The notes under the pieces are model-generated. The model saw only the letters and a program-made list of their open reading frames with translations, ran no database searches and was not told where the DNA came from. From an uncultured Bacteroides sp. (GTDB lineage Bacteria > Bacteroidota > Bacteroidia > Bacteroidales > Bacteroidaceae), in assembly GCA_900551445.1 (NCBI GenBank), contig URWA01000001.1:69141-133140 (forward strand): a DNA stretch of 64,000 bases, given 5' to 3'. Below are positions 38,619 through 48,195 of the stretch, one piece after another (the first letter of the stretch is position 1; every line of letters starts with the position of its first letter). Position numbers and translations under genes: made by a program.

Positions 38619-39824
38619 CTACATTTCCACCCGCACATACGCCTGAAACCGGGTATCTTCCCTCACCGGTGTCAGAGGCAAATAGCCAGATGCCACTTTC
38701 CCGTCTTTCCACACCAAAGGATACCTTGCCACCATCTCCCGATGAAACGAAAGTGCCTCCCCTTCACGCACATAATGTTCCACCACATATTCTCCTTCCG
38801 ACAAAGGATGAACATACCTGTCATATAAAATCCGCGAAAGGACTCCCATATTCATACGCAGGTTAATCTCCACACAAGGATGTATCCGATACCCGTCTTC
38901 CATACGACATACCATCATATCCACTCCCAGATAACCTTGATAAGCCTGTCCCAATAACTTTTTCAGCGATGCTTCCAGACAAACCTTGATACACGACAGC
39001 CGTTCCAACGAAACATAACGTGAAAGCCGTTTCTCGATTGCCGTGTTACTTAACAGACGGTTCGCTTTATAATTCCCGTGTACATCCGTTTCAAAATAAG
39101 AATATCCCACGAATCGGACCTCCCCCTTCTCATCGGCCAAAAACTCCATGGCAAAATCGGCCACCTTGTCATAAATCGGTTCTGCCATCAGTACCCCCTG
39201 TACCTTCAAAATACGGGACGCCCATCCCGCCAGCTGTACATTCCAGCTTGCCGCAGAAACCTTCCAAAGCCCTCTACCGCTTCCCGACCAGGGAGCTTTC
39301 AGAATAACCTGGTCTCTTTCCCGTATAAACGTATCCACCTCACTCAACTCCGTACAGGCTCTCATCTCCCCACAAATGCCTTTCCAACCAGTAAATACCG
39401 GCAATATCTCCAGACACCGTTGCCGGGACGACAGATAGCGAATCCGTTGCATTTCCTCTGCGGAAGGAAGGAACTCCTCGTCCACCCCTTCCAGACGTAG
39501 CCGATGCACCAACGCAGGGGTCCATCCCCAAGGAATATAACGGGTGGAAAGCCATTGTTCCGTCCAACCGATCGAGGAAAGTAACCGGAACAAAATTTCC
39601 CGTCCTTCTCCTTCCGGACAAATCTCACACAATTGACGACGGAACAGTGACACCCGCTCCAGACAATCCACTTTCACCCCACTACCCTCCCCGGCAAACC
39701 ATACCGGAAGAACCGACAAATCGGCAGCCATCCGTAAGATTTCTGCTGGCGACTTATAATAAGGAGTAAAATTGGCCATAGCCATATCGTAATCAGGGTT
39801 GAACAAATATATCGGTGAATGCAT
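38619..39824 (-). CDS. Hypothetical ATP-grasp-fold protein (probable start 39824 or 39830)
   Basis: LKAPWSGSGRG, EPIYDKVADFAMEF, GYLGVDMM, CVEINLRMNMG. Confidence 0.7.
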   Translation of the reverse strand: MHSPIYLFNPDYDMAMANFTPYYKSPAEILRMAADLSVLPVWFAGEGSGVKVDCLERVSLFRRQLCEICPEGEGREILFRLLSSIGWTEQWLSTRYIPWGWTPALVHRLRLEGVDEEFLPSAEEMQRIRYLSSRQRCLEILPVFTGWKGICGEMRACTELSEVDTFIRERDQVILKAPWSGSGRGLWKVSAASWNVQLAGWASRILKVQGVLMAEPIYDKVADFAMEFLADEKGEVRFVGYSYFETDVHGNYKANRLLSNTAIEKRLSRYVSLERLSCIKVCLEASLKKLLGQAYQGYLGVDMMVCRMEDGYRIHPCVEINLRMNMGVLSRILYDRYVHPLSEGEYVVEHYVREGEALSFHREMVARYPLVWKDGKVASGYLPLTPVREDTRFQAYVRVEM

Positions 39825-40190
39825 GCACATCAAGATTAAAATATGACACAAAAGTAAGGAAAAAACTGACACTGCAACCCTATTTCAACGCCCAAAGCCC
39901 CCTTCAAAACACAGGTTTAACTGAAACCGCTTCAACCGAATTAAACAAATGAAACGAAAAAGGGATGAAACATTTCAATTTAAAACATTAATACAGTAAA
40001 AAAAGACAAACCGACACCGATAAAAATATAATACAAAAAAGAGAGCTATCTATTGAAATATATGTCTAAAAGGAAGTATATTTGCATATCGAAAAACAAA
40101 AAGAAAGTAAAACACAAAAAATACAATACAAAACGACAATACAACTAAAGAGATTATTAACGACAACATTAACTAAAAACACGAAAGCAA

Positions 40191-40892
40191 ATGAAAAGAA
40201 TGTATCTCACCGGAGTCGCATTGCTCACATTAGCAGGAGCTCCAGCCATTTCGATGGCCCAAGACAAAGTAGAAGCCAGCGTAGGCGCTGACCTTGTCAG
40301 CGGATATATCTGGCGTGGACAGGACTTAGGAAATGTCAGCATTCAACCTTCTGCCTCCGTGTCCTATAAAGGGTTCTCTCTTTCAGGATGGGGTTCTGTA
40401 GGAATAGACAAAGACGACACAAAAGAATTCGACCTGACATTGGGGTATAACACCGGAGGATTCAGCGTATCAGTTACCGACTACTGGTTCAACAACGGAC
40501 CGCAGTATTTCCATTACGGTGCACACAACACAGCACATGTATTCGAAGCTCAGGTGGGTTACGATTTTGGCGTACTGGCCGTCAACTGGTACACCAATTT
40601 TGCAGGAGCAGACGGAGTGAAAGCCAATGGCGACCGCGCCTATTCTTCCTATTTCAGTATTGCCGCCCCCTTCAAACTGGGAGGTTTGGAATGGTCGGCA
40701 GAAATTGGAGCCACTCCATGGGAAACAAACTTCTACAACAATGGAGCTACCGGATTTGAGGTATCCCACATCAGCCTGCAAGCCTCGAAGGAAATTAAGT
40801 TTACCGACTCCTTCTCACTTCCGGTTTTTGCCCAAGCCATTTGGAATCCGGCTACAGAAGGTGCCTATTTTGTATTTGGACTCAGTTTTTAA
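40191..40892 (+). CDS. TorF/Gcw_chp-like outer-membrane porin heading the ammonium operon
   Basis: Signal peptide; ADLVSGYIWRGQD...SIQP, EFDLTLGY; C-terminal Phe; -7 element TATATTTG at 40077-40084. Confidence 0.75.
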   Translation: MKRMYLTGVALLTLAGAPAISMAQDKVEASVGADLVSGYIWRGQDLGNVSIQPSASVSYKGFSLSGWGSVGIDKDDTKEFDLTLGYNTGGFSVSVTDYWFNNGPQYFHYGAHNTAHVFEAQVGYDFGVLAVNWYTNFAGADGVKANGDRAYSSYFSIAAPFKLGGLEWSAEIGATPWETNFYNNGATGFEVSHISLQASKEIKFTDSFSLPVFAQAIWNPATEGAYFVFGLSF

Positions 40893-41004
40893 TATAGAAA
40901 CATACGATTAGAAAAAGAAGACAAAGGTATTGGTTTACACTTAAGGAAAAAAGATTACAACAGGATAGCAGAACAGCAATACAAAATACAAATACAACGT
41001 CATT

Positions 41005-41361
41005 ATGAAGAAAATTGAAGCAATCATCCGTAGAACCAAGTTCGAAGAAGTAAAGGAGGCATTATTGGCCGCCGACATCGAATGGTTCTCCTACTATGAA
41101 GTAAGAGGTATCGGAAAGACCCGTGAAGGACGTATCTATCGTGGGGTGGTATATGATACCAGTTCCATCGAACGTATCCTGATTTCCATTGTGGTGCGGG
41201 AAAAGAATGTAGAAAAGACCGTACAGGCCATCTTGAAGTCAGCCTATACCGGTGAAATTGGCGACGGCCGTATTTTCATCATCCCCGTGGAAGACTCCAT
41301 CCGCATCCGTACCGGTGAACGTGGAGATATTTCACTCTACAATGCCGAGCAGGAAAAATAA
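41005..41361 (+). CDS. glnB: P-II nitrogen regulatory protein (GlnB/GlnK)
   Basis: MKKIEAIIR, TGEIGDGRIFI, IRIRTGE. Confidence 0.95.
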   Translation: MKKIEAIIRRTKFEEVKEALLAADIEWFSYYEVRGIGKTREGRIYRGVVYDTSSIERILISIVVREKNVEKTVQAILKSAYTGEIGDGRIFIIPVEDSIRIRTGERGDISLYNAEQEK

Positions 41362-41410
41362 GCCCGACGGGAAACTATCAACACAGGTATTAATTTAAAA
41401 GGTAAAGATC

Positions 41411-42799
41411 ATGAAACTGTTTAAAGAAGGTATGCATGGCGCATACCGCAAAACCCTCATACCCCTTTTCTTACTTCTTTTTCCATTAATCGCGGCCGCA
41501 CAGACTTCTCCTGAAGAAGCAGGCACAGTCGACAAAATATCAGAACTGTCCACCGGTATCAATACGGTATGGATGTTACTGGCAGCCATGCTGGTGTTCT
41601 TCATGCAGCCCGGATTTGCCCTGGTAGAAGCCGGATTCACCCGCAGCAAAAATACCGCCAACATCCTGATGAAGAACTTGGTTGACTTCATGGTAGGTTC
41701 CATCCTGTTCTGGTTCATCGGATTCGGACTGATGTTTGGCGTGGGAGATGTATTTGGCACCCCACATCTTTTCGACTTGGATGCCATGGACCGCATCATC
41801 CAGAACGGTCTGCCGATTGAAGGCTTCCTGATATTCCAGACTGTATTCTGTGCCACTTCCGCTACTATCGTATCAGGTGCTATGGCCGAACGTACCAAGT
41901 TCTCCATGTATCTGGTCTACACCATAGCCATCAGTGTCTTGATTTATCCTGTATCCGGTCACTGGACATGGGGAGGAGGATGGCTTACAAACGCTGACCC
42001 GAGTTCATTCATGATGTCTTTCTTCGGCTACACCTTCCATGACTTTGCCGGTTCTACAGTGGTACACTCTGTAGGTGGATGGATTGCATTGGTCGGCGCA
42101 GCCATCCTTGGTCCCCGCCTGGGAAAATATGGCAAGGACGGAAAGTCAAAAGCCATCCCCGGACACAATCTGACACTCGCTTGCTTGGGTGTATTCATCC
42201 TTTGGTTCGGCTGGTTCGGTTTCAACCCGGGTTCACAGCTTGCAGCTGCCACTTCTGGCGACCAGACAGCCATCTCACACGTATTCCTGACAACTAACCT
42301 GGCAGCCTGCGCCGGTGGTATCCTGGCCTTGGCAGTGAGCTGGATCAAATATGGCAAACCGTCACTCTCACTGACACTCAATGGTATCCTTGCCGGACTG
42401 GTCGGTGTCACAGCCGGATGCGACATTGTCTCTCCTGTAGGAGCCGCCCTTATCGGAGCTATCTGCGGAACAGTCATGATTTTCTCAGTAGAATTCATCG
42501 AACACCGTCTGAAGATTGACGATCCGGTAGGTGCTTCTTCCGTACACGGTGTATGCGGTAGCCTTGGAACCATCCTGACAGGTCTGTTCGCCGTAGAGGG
42601 AGGTACATTCTACGGAGGCGGCTTCGGATTCCTCGGTGCACAGATTTTCGGTGTCATCATCGTAGGCGGCTGGGCTGCTATCATGGGATACATCATCTTC
42701 AAAGTACTCGACAAAGTTCACGGCTTGCGTGTTCCGGCCAGAGTGGAAGAAGAAGGACTGGATATCTACGAACATGGAGAATCAGCCTACAACCATTAA
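41411..42799 (+). CDS. amtB: Ammonium transporter
   Basis: FMQPGFALVEAG, DFAGSTVVH, WFGWFGFN, IDDPVGASSVHG. Confidence 0.97.
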   Translation: MKLFKEGMHGAYRKTLIPLFLLLFPLIAAAQTSPEEAGTVDKISELSTGINTVWMLLAAMLVFFMQPGFALVEAGFTRSKNTANILMKNLVDFMVGSILFWFIGFGLMFGVGDVFGTPHLFDLDAMDRIIQNGLPIEGFLIFQTVFCATSATIVSGAMAERTKFSMYLVYTIAISVLIYPVSGHWTWGGGWLTNADPSSFMMSFFGYTFHDFAGSTVVHSVGGWIALVGAAILGPRLGKYGKDGKSKAIPGHNLTLACLGVFILWFGWFGFNPGSQLAAATSGDQTAISHVFLTTNLAACAGGILALAVSWIKYGKPSLSLTLNGILAGLVGVTAGCDIVSPVGAALIGAICGTVMIFSVEFIEHRLKIDDPVGASSVHGVCGSLGTILTGLFAVEGGTFYGGGFGFLGAQIFGVIIVGGWAAIMGYIIFKVLDKVHGLRVPARVEEEGLDIYEHGESAYNH

Positions 42800-42851
42800 A
42801 AATAAACATTCACTACTAACTAATAAATAACCAATAAAAATTTACAGTAAC

Positions 42852-45041
42852 ATGTCAACATTAAGATTCAGAGTAGTAGAAAAGGCCTTCCAGGCAAAAC
42901 CGCTGGAAGTACCCGCTCCCAAAGAAAGACCGGGAGAATACTTTGGCAAATACGTATTCAACAGAGAAAAAATGTTCAAATACCTTCCTTCTACGGTATT
43001 TGCACGTCTCATCGACGCCATGGACAACGGTGCGGCTCTTGACCGCCAGATTGCCGATGCTGTGGCCGAAGGGATGAAAAAATGGGCCAGCGAACTGGGT
43101 GCCACCCACTATACTCACTGGTTCCAGCCGCTGACGGAAGGCACTGCTGAGAAGCACGACGCATTTGTAGAACACGACGGAAAGGGTGGCATGATGGAAG
43201 AATTCTCCGGAAAACTGCTCGTGCAGCAGGAACCGGATGCTTCTTCTTTCCCGAACGGAGGTATCCGTAACACATTCGAAGCCCGCGGTTACAGTGCATG
43301 GGATCCTTCCTCACCTGTGTTCGTAGTAGACGACACTTTGTGTATCCCGACTATCTTCATCGCCTATACCGGTGAATCACTCGACTACAAAGCTCCGTTG
43401 CTGAAAGCCCTCCGCGCAGTAAACAAAGCTGCCGTAGATGTATGCCACTATTTCGATCCGAATGTAAAGAAAGTAATGGCTTACCTGGGATGGGAACAGG
43501 AATACTTCCTGGTAGACGAAGGCCTGTATGCCGCACGTCCGGACCTGTTGCTGACAGGACGTACGCTGATGGGTCACGAAGCATCTAAAAACCAGCAGTT
43601 GGAAGACCACTATTTCGGTGCCATCCCTACCCGTGTGGCAGCCTTCATGAAAGACCTCGAAATCCAGGCTCTTGAACTGGGTATTCCGGTAAAGACACGC
43701 CACAATGAGGTAGCTCCGAACCAGTTTGAATTGGCTCCGATTTTCGAAGAATGTAACCTGGCCGTAGACCACAACATGCTGATCATGTCACTGATGCGTA
43801 AAGTGGCACGTACACACGGATTCCGCGTACTGTTGCACGAAAAACCGTTCAAAGGTGTCAACGGTTCCGGTAAGCACAACAACTGGTCACTCGGTACAGA
43901 TACCGGTACGCTGCTGATGGCTCCGGGCAAGACTCCGGAAGAGAACCTGCGCTTCATCACATTTATCGTCAACACCCTGATGGCAGTGTACAAACACAAC
44001 GGACTGCTGAAAGCCTCTATCATGAGTGCTACCAACGCACACCGTCTGGGAGCCAACGAAGCACCTCCCGCCATCATCTCTTCATTCCTGGGAAGCCAGT
44101 TGAGCAAAGTGCTCGACCACATGGAAGACAGTGCAACCGACGAATTGATTTCTCTGGGCGGCAAACATGGTATGAAGCTTGACATTCCGCAGATTCCGGA
44201 ACTGTTGATTGATAACACCGACCGTAACCGTACTTCTCCATTCGCCTTCACAGGTAACCGTTTTGAATTCCGTGCGGTAGGTTCAGAAGCTAACTGCGCC
44301 AGCGCCATGATTGCCTTGAACACAGCCGTAGCTGAACAGCTCACTGAATTCAAGAAAGAAGTAGACGAACTGATTGAAAAGGGTGAACCGAAGATTTCAG
44401 CCATCATTCAGGTAGTACGCAAATACATCAAACTGAGCAAGCCTATCCGCTTCGACGGCAACGGTTACAGCGATGAATGGAAAGAAGAAGCTGCCCGCCG
44501 TGGTCTGGACTGCGAAACCAGCTGCCCGGTTATCTTCGACCAGTACCTGACAGAAGACAGTGTACGCATGTTCGAATCAGCAGGCGTCATGACACGTAAG
44601 GAACTGGAAGCCCGTAACGAAGTAAAATGGGAAACTTATACAAAGAAAATCCAGATTGAAGCCCGCGTTTTGGGCGACTTGGTAATGAACCACATCGTTC
44701 CGGTAGCCATTGAATATCAGAGCAAGCTGATTGACAATGTCTACAAGATGAAACAGATTTTCCCTGCAGAAGAAGCAGAAAAGCTGTCTGCCGAGAACCT
44801 GGCTATCATCCGTAAGATTGCTGAACACACTTCTTACATCAAGGAACACGTAGACACAATGGTAGAAGCACGCAAAGTGGCTAACAAGATCACTGACGAA
44901 CGTGCAAAAGCCGTTGAATATCACGACAAGATTACTCCGATGCTGGAACAGATCCGTTACCACATCGACAAGCTTGAACTGATTGTCGACGACCAGATGT
45001 GGACACTTCCTAAATATAGAGAACTGCTGTTCATCAGATAA
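42852..45041 (+). CDS. glnN: Glutamine synthetase type III
   Basis: THYTHWFQPL, AEKHDAF, EPDASSFPNGG, NGSGKHNNWS, DRNRTSPFAFTGNRFEFRA. Confidence 0.97.
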   Translation: MSTLRFRVVEKAFQAKPLEVPAPKERPGEYFGKYVFNREKMFKYLPSTVFARLIDAMDNGAALDRQIADAVAEGMKKWASELGATHYTHWFQPLTEGTAEKHDAFVEHDGKGGMMEEFSGKLLVQQEPDASSFPNGGIRNTFEARGYSAWDPSSPVFVVDDTLCIPTIFIAYTGESLDYKAPLLKALRAVNKAAVDVCHYFDPNVKKVMAYLGWEQEYFLVDEGLYAARPDLLLTGRTLMGHEASKNQQLEDHYFGAIPTRVAAFMKDLEIQALELGIPVKTRHNEVAPNQFELAPIFEECNLAVDHNMLIMSLMRKVARTHGFRVLLHEKPFKGVNGSGKHNNWSLGTDTGTLLMAPGKTPEENLRFITFIVNTLMAVYKHNGLLKASIMSATNAHRLGANEAPPAIISSFLGSQLSKVLDHMEDSATDELISLGGKHGMKLDIPQIPELLIDNTDRNRTSPFAFTGNRFEFRAVGSEANCASAMIALNTAVAEQLTEFKKEVDELIEKGEPKISAIIQVVRKYIKLSKPIRFDGNGYSDEWKEEAARRGLDCETSCPVIFDQYLTEDSVRMFESAGVMTRKELEARNEVKWETYTKKIQIEARVLGDLVMNHIVPVAIEYQSKLIDNVYKMKQIFPAEEAEKLSAENLAIIRKIAEHTSYIKEHVDTMVEARKVANKITDERAKAVEYHDKITPMLEQIRYHIDKLELIVDDQMWTLPKYRELLFIR

Positions 45042-45089
45042 TCCACACCCTAAAGGATTATCTCTTATTTCTTATTGGTTGTTTGAGAA

Positions 45090-45129
45090 AGAGGCCACGA
45101 CCGTGGAGGTCGTGGCCTCTGTTATTTTT
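45090..45129 (+). terminator. Terminator of the GSIII operon
   Basis: AGAGGCCACGACC-GTGGA-GGTCGTGGCCTCT followed by GTTATTTTT. Confidence 0.85.
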
Positions 45130-45274
45130 CACCACTACCCCATACTCTGCTTTCTTTTAATGATTCAGCATGAGCCATTCTCGTTACTCGTCCCTCGATT
45201 TGACATCCAGAAAATTATGTATTTCCATCACTTTCTGTTTCAATTCGCATTTTACAATGTAGGCTACCTCGTAA

Positions 45275-45634
45275 TTATCTCTTTCTCATCGTCTGTGCTT
45301 TCCGTCGGGTCATCTCTTCCGCAAAAGCTTTATATCCATTTGCCTGGATGTAGTGAATACACGCTGCACGGTCGGAATTGAACAGAAAAGAAAAAATTTT
45401 TCCTATCACATTATTATGTGTCTTGCAGGCCTTTACGTCCGTATCACAATCAGCACAACAGACGAAACCTTTCGCTTGACAGCATTGTCTGATTTTACAC
45501 CAAGTTGCCTTGTCATTCTGCCGGCATCCCGGACATTTCCCTTTGAGATACTTGCGGCATGCTCCGCAATATAGCCCGCAAGCGGCAATGTGCTCTACAG
45601 AAGCGGTAATTGTTTTTTTATCCATAGTTCCCAT
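45275..45634 (-). CDS. Cys-rich DUF3795-like protein
   Basis: IAACGLYCGAC, CPGC, CKIRQCC, CADC. Confidence 0.8.
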   Translation of the reverse strand: MGTMDKKTITASVEHIAACGLYCGACRKYLKGKCPGCRQNDKATWCKIRQCCQAKGFVCCADCDTDVKACKTHNNVIGKIFSFLFNSDRAACIHYIQANGYKAFAEEMTRRKAQTMRKR

Positions 45635-45761
45635 GTATTTGTTCCTGAAAAATTGGAGGGATATTCATTACAATTCCAAAAATAGGGAAATATCTTCAAT
45701 ATTTATGGGAGATGTTCAAAAGGTATTCCGATAATTTATTAATACTGTTGAATACTTTTGG

Positions 45762-45842
45762 GAAAGCCACCTGAACAGATTATTCAAGAAATATAAGAAT
45801 ATCAGCCCGACAGAATTCCGGAAAACGAACAGACCATTATAG
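45762..45842 (+). pseudogene. Remnant of an AraC-family regulator (last HTH helix only)
   Basis: Frame reads ESHLNRLFKKYKNISPTEFRKTNRPL*; in-frame TAA at 45732 and no ATG in between. Confidence 0.7.
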
Positions 45843-45904
45843 AATACTGTATCCGCCTGAAAATGAAGAAACTCCACAACCGATTTCATTATCTGACGAA
45901 TCAT

Positions 45905-46002
45905 TTTCTATGTTTCTCTGCCCGAAACCGTACGTTTCTCACACGGGAAACATACGGTTCCGGAAGCAGAAACATACGTTTTCCGCATGAGAAACATAAA
46001 AA
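45905..46002. repeat. Intergenic array of four 22-nt units with inverted ends, junction core GAAACATACGTTTC
   Basis: TATGTTTCTCTGCCCGAAACCG / TACGTTTCTCACACGGGAAACA / TACGGTTCCGGAAGCAGAAACA / TACGTTTTCCGCATGAGAAACA; ends TATGTTTCTC and GAGAAACATA. Confidence 0.85.
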
Positions 46003-46201
46003 ACTCAGACATACTTTCTCATTGGTGCCAGTGCGTTTTCAAATCCACACGAGAAGAAAATCTGAGATTTTAACCACCTTATACCTCTTTCGCTCAAAAA
46101 ATGGTCGAGGGATCAGACTTACTTCCGACGTCATTTCAGTGACTCCATACGCAACGGCCATCTTTTCCACTTTTTGATCAGCAAAAGTTATAACCATCTA
46201 T

Positions 46202-46657
46202 TTAATAAATAATACTCTTGTCATTTTCTGCATTAAGCACAAGATCCTGTTCTTTAAATCTCTCAATTTCCTTTCCATCACGAGAAATGGATATGTCATA
46301 AGAAAGTTTATTGCCATCCTCTATTGAAACAGCCACAAAAGATAAAGCCAACGAACTTTTCTTATCCGTAAAAACCGTGACAGTTGTATCTCTTACAGAA
46401 GTATATGAATTGAGAAGATACACTTTGCCATCTACTTTTTTTACACTACCATCTACATTATAAGTATATAAATTTCCATCTGAGCCGACAGAAAGTCCAA
46501 TAGAAACAGGGAATTTTGTTTCGGCTGTTGAGCTATTATAAGTAGCAACAATTTTATACAAACCACTCGTTACATTATTATCTTCTTCCGAAATATTCAC
46601 TTTCGAACACGAGGAAATCAAAGCCATACAGGCCATTCCTAATAAAATCTTTTTCAT
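46202..46657 (-). CDS. Hypothetical lipoprotein, AT-rich
   Basis: MKKILLGMACMALISSC lipobox followed by SEED. Confidence 0.75.
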   Translation of the reverse strand: MKKILLGMACMALISSCSKVNISEEDNNVTSGLYKIVATYNSSTAETKFPVSIGLSVGSDGNLYTYNVDGSVKKVDGKVYLLNSYTSVRDTTVTVFTDKKSSLALSFVAVSIEDGNKLSYDISISRDGKEIERFKEQDLVLNAENDKSIIY

Positions 46658-46733
46658 ATCTATACTTTTAAATCTAGTTTATACATAATGAAATGATGAC
46701 AACAGAGCAAGAACGTATTTTACGCGTCTAAAA

Positions 46734-47336
46734 TCAGAAGTTATAACCTAAACTAAAATAAGGATAAATAACCGCAGCCCGAAAAACAGCTTCGTCTTTC
46801 TTCCCTATAGTACTCTCATACAAAGCCATTCCGGGGTTAACCCCCAGACGTACCATAAGTCCTTTTTTAGGCTGATAGCGATAACCTAAATCCAGAAAAG
46901 CAAACGAACCCGATTTGCCATCCTCTATTTGATGTCCCAATTTGTCATAAAACACGCAGGTATAAAGACCATAACTCACCCCTATACCGATTTCTGCACG
47001 ATTTTTTCGTTTCCCTATCAGATAATTAACAGCTACAGGAAAAGTCCAGCCTCTTGTCAGATCAGCAAGGTTGTCAAAAAAAGCCGGAGACTTGGAGCGA
47101 GTATAGGCTATTCCGATTCTCGCTCCCCAATGCGTCTTTTCACCGAAACGTGTGTCATAATGGATTCCTACGGTGGTCGATGCCCCACCTAACTCTACAA
47201 ACACGCCTTCCTCTCGCTGGGCATGCATCTCACGATTTGCCATTAAGTTAAATAACAGCATAAATACGACCACACGGTCAAAGCGTTTTTTCGTCCGTAG
47301 TGCAGTCGATAACAGGACAGAAGATTTTGATTTCAT
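46734..47336 (-). CDS. Small outer-membrane beta-barrel hypothetical protein
   Basis: VFVELGG, FPVAVNYLIG, LGYRYQP, C-terminal FSLGYNF. Confidence 0.7.
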   Translation of the reverse strand: MKSKSSVLLSTALRTKKRFDRVVVFMLLFNLMANREMHAQREEGVFVELGGASTTVGIHYDTRFGEKTHWGARIGIAYTRSKSPAFFDNLADLTRGWTFPVAVNYLIGKRKNRAEIGIGVSYGLYTCVFYDKLGHQIEDGKSGSFAFLDLGYRYQPKKGLMVRLGVNPGMALYESTIGKKDEAVFRAAVIYPYFSLGYNF

Positions 47337-47495
47337 ATCAATTTAAGGTCAAAAAGTTATGTCTAATTATGGACGTTTTTGCACTACAAGTGTATAATTA
47401 AAAAATGAAACCAACGGAAAATTGCATAATTATTTAATAAATATTACGTTTTCCCATTTCTGTCACAAAATCAAACCGACCAGACATCAAACACA

Positions 47496-48032
47496 TCAGT
47501 CCATTTCATTGTCTTTCTTCCTCACTGCCGCCACCACTTTCAGGGCATTTCTCCTAGCTGCCGCGATACTTGGCGTCATTTCGTATTCCAGCATATCCAG
47601 ACAGACTTTCAGTTCATTGGCCAGTTCCGGAACAAAGCGGCACATCTTCGCAGCCAAATTGATCATCATCGAACGGCTGCTGTCTGCTTCCTTCTTATCA
47701 ATAATATGAGCAAGACAAAAATCAAACAAGTCTGTCCGGAAATTCCTATCAGTCACCAAATCCAGCAAAATAGACAGCACAAGCCCCCGGCGTATTTTCA
47801 AATTGGATGCCATTACCCGGTCTGTAATCTCATCATAAAAAGGAGAGAGATAGAGCCTTTTGTCTTCTCCCGACAAATGAGAGAGTATCCATGCCGCATT
47901 GGAAGCCGACCGTGCCTCTTCTGCATGAAGCATAAGATGACAAACCTTACGGATACCTTCCTCGTCATCATGCAGCTCACGGGAGAGGGCCATCACCTGC
48001 CATTTGGACAGCTTGCTTTGCAATTGTTCCAT
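47496..48032 (-). CDS. Hypothetical helical-repeat (ARM/HEAT-like) protein
   Basis: NAAWILSHL, LFDFCL, PELANELK...AARRNALK. Confidence 0.65.
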   Translation of the reverse strand: MEQLQSKLSKWQVMALSRELHDDEEGIRKVCHLMLHAEEARSASNAAWILSHLSGEDKRLYLSPFYDEITDRVMASNLKIRRGLVLSILLDLVTDRNFRTDLFDFCLAHIIDKKEADSSRSMMINLAAKMCRFVPELANELKVCLDMLEYEMTPSIAAARRNALKVVAAVRKKDNEMD

Positions 48033-48195
48033 TCCTTTTTCGTGTTTTTCCTATCACGACAAAGCTAAAAAATAAGCATCAGAATAACAAATGAAAGATT
48101 TCCCAAATCCCAAAACTAATTTTTTATTCAAAAAATATGCATCCCGGAAAGATTTTTAGTATCTTCGCCCCCAAACTAACTAACCTGACTAACCT

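Noticed and set aside
45863..46177. 104-aa ORF across the 22-nt array, and the 127-aa ORF at 50521-50904
   Set aside because: The first translates repeat DNA and the second overlaps dapL antisense; neither has protein-like features.
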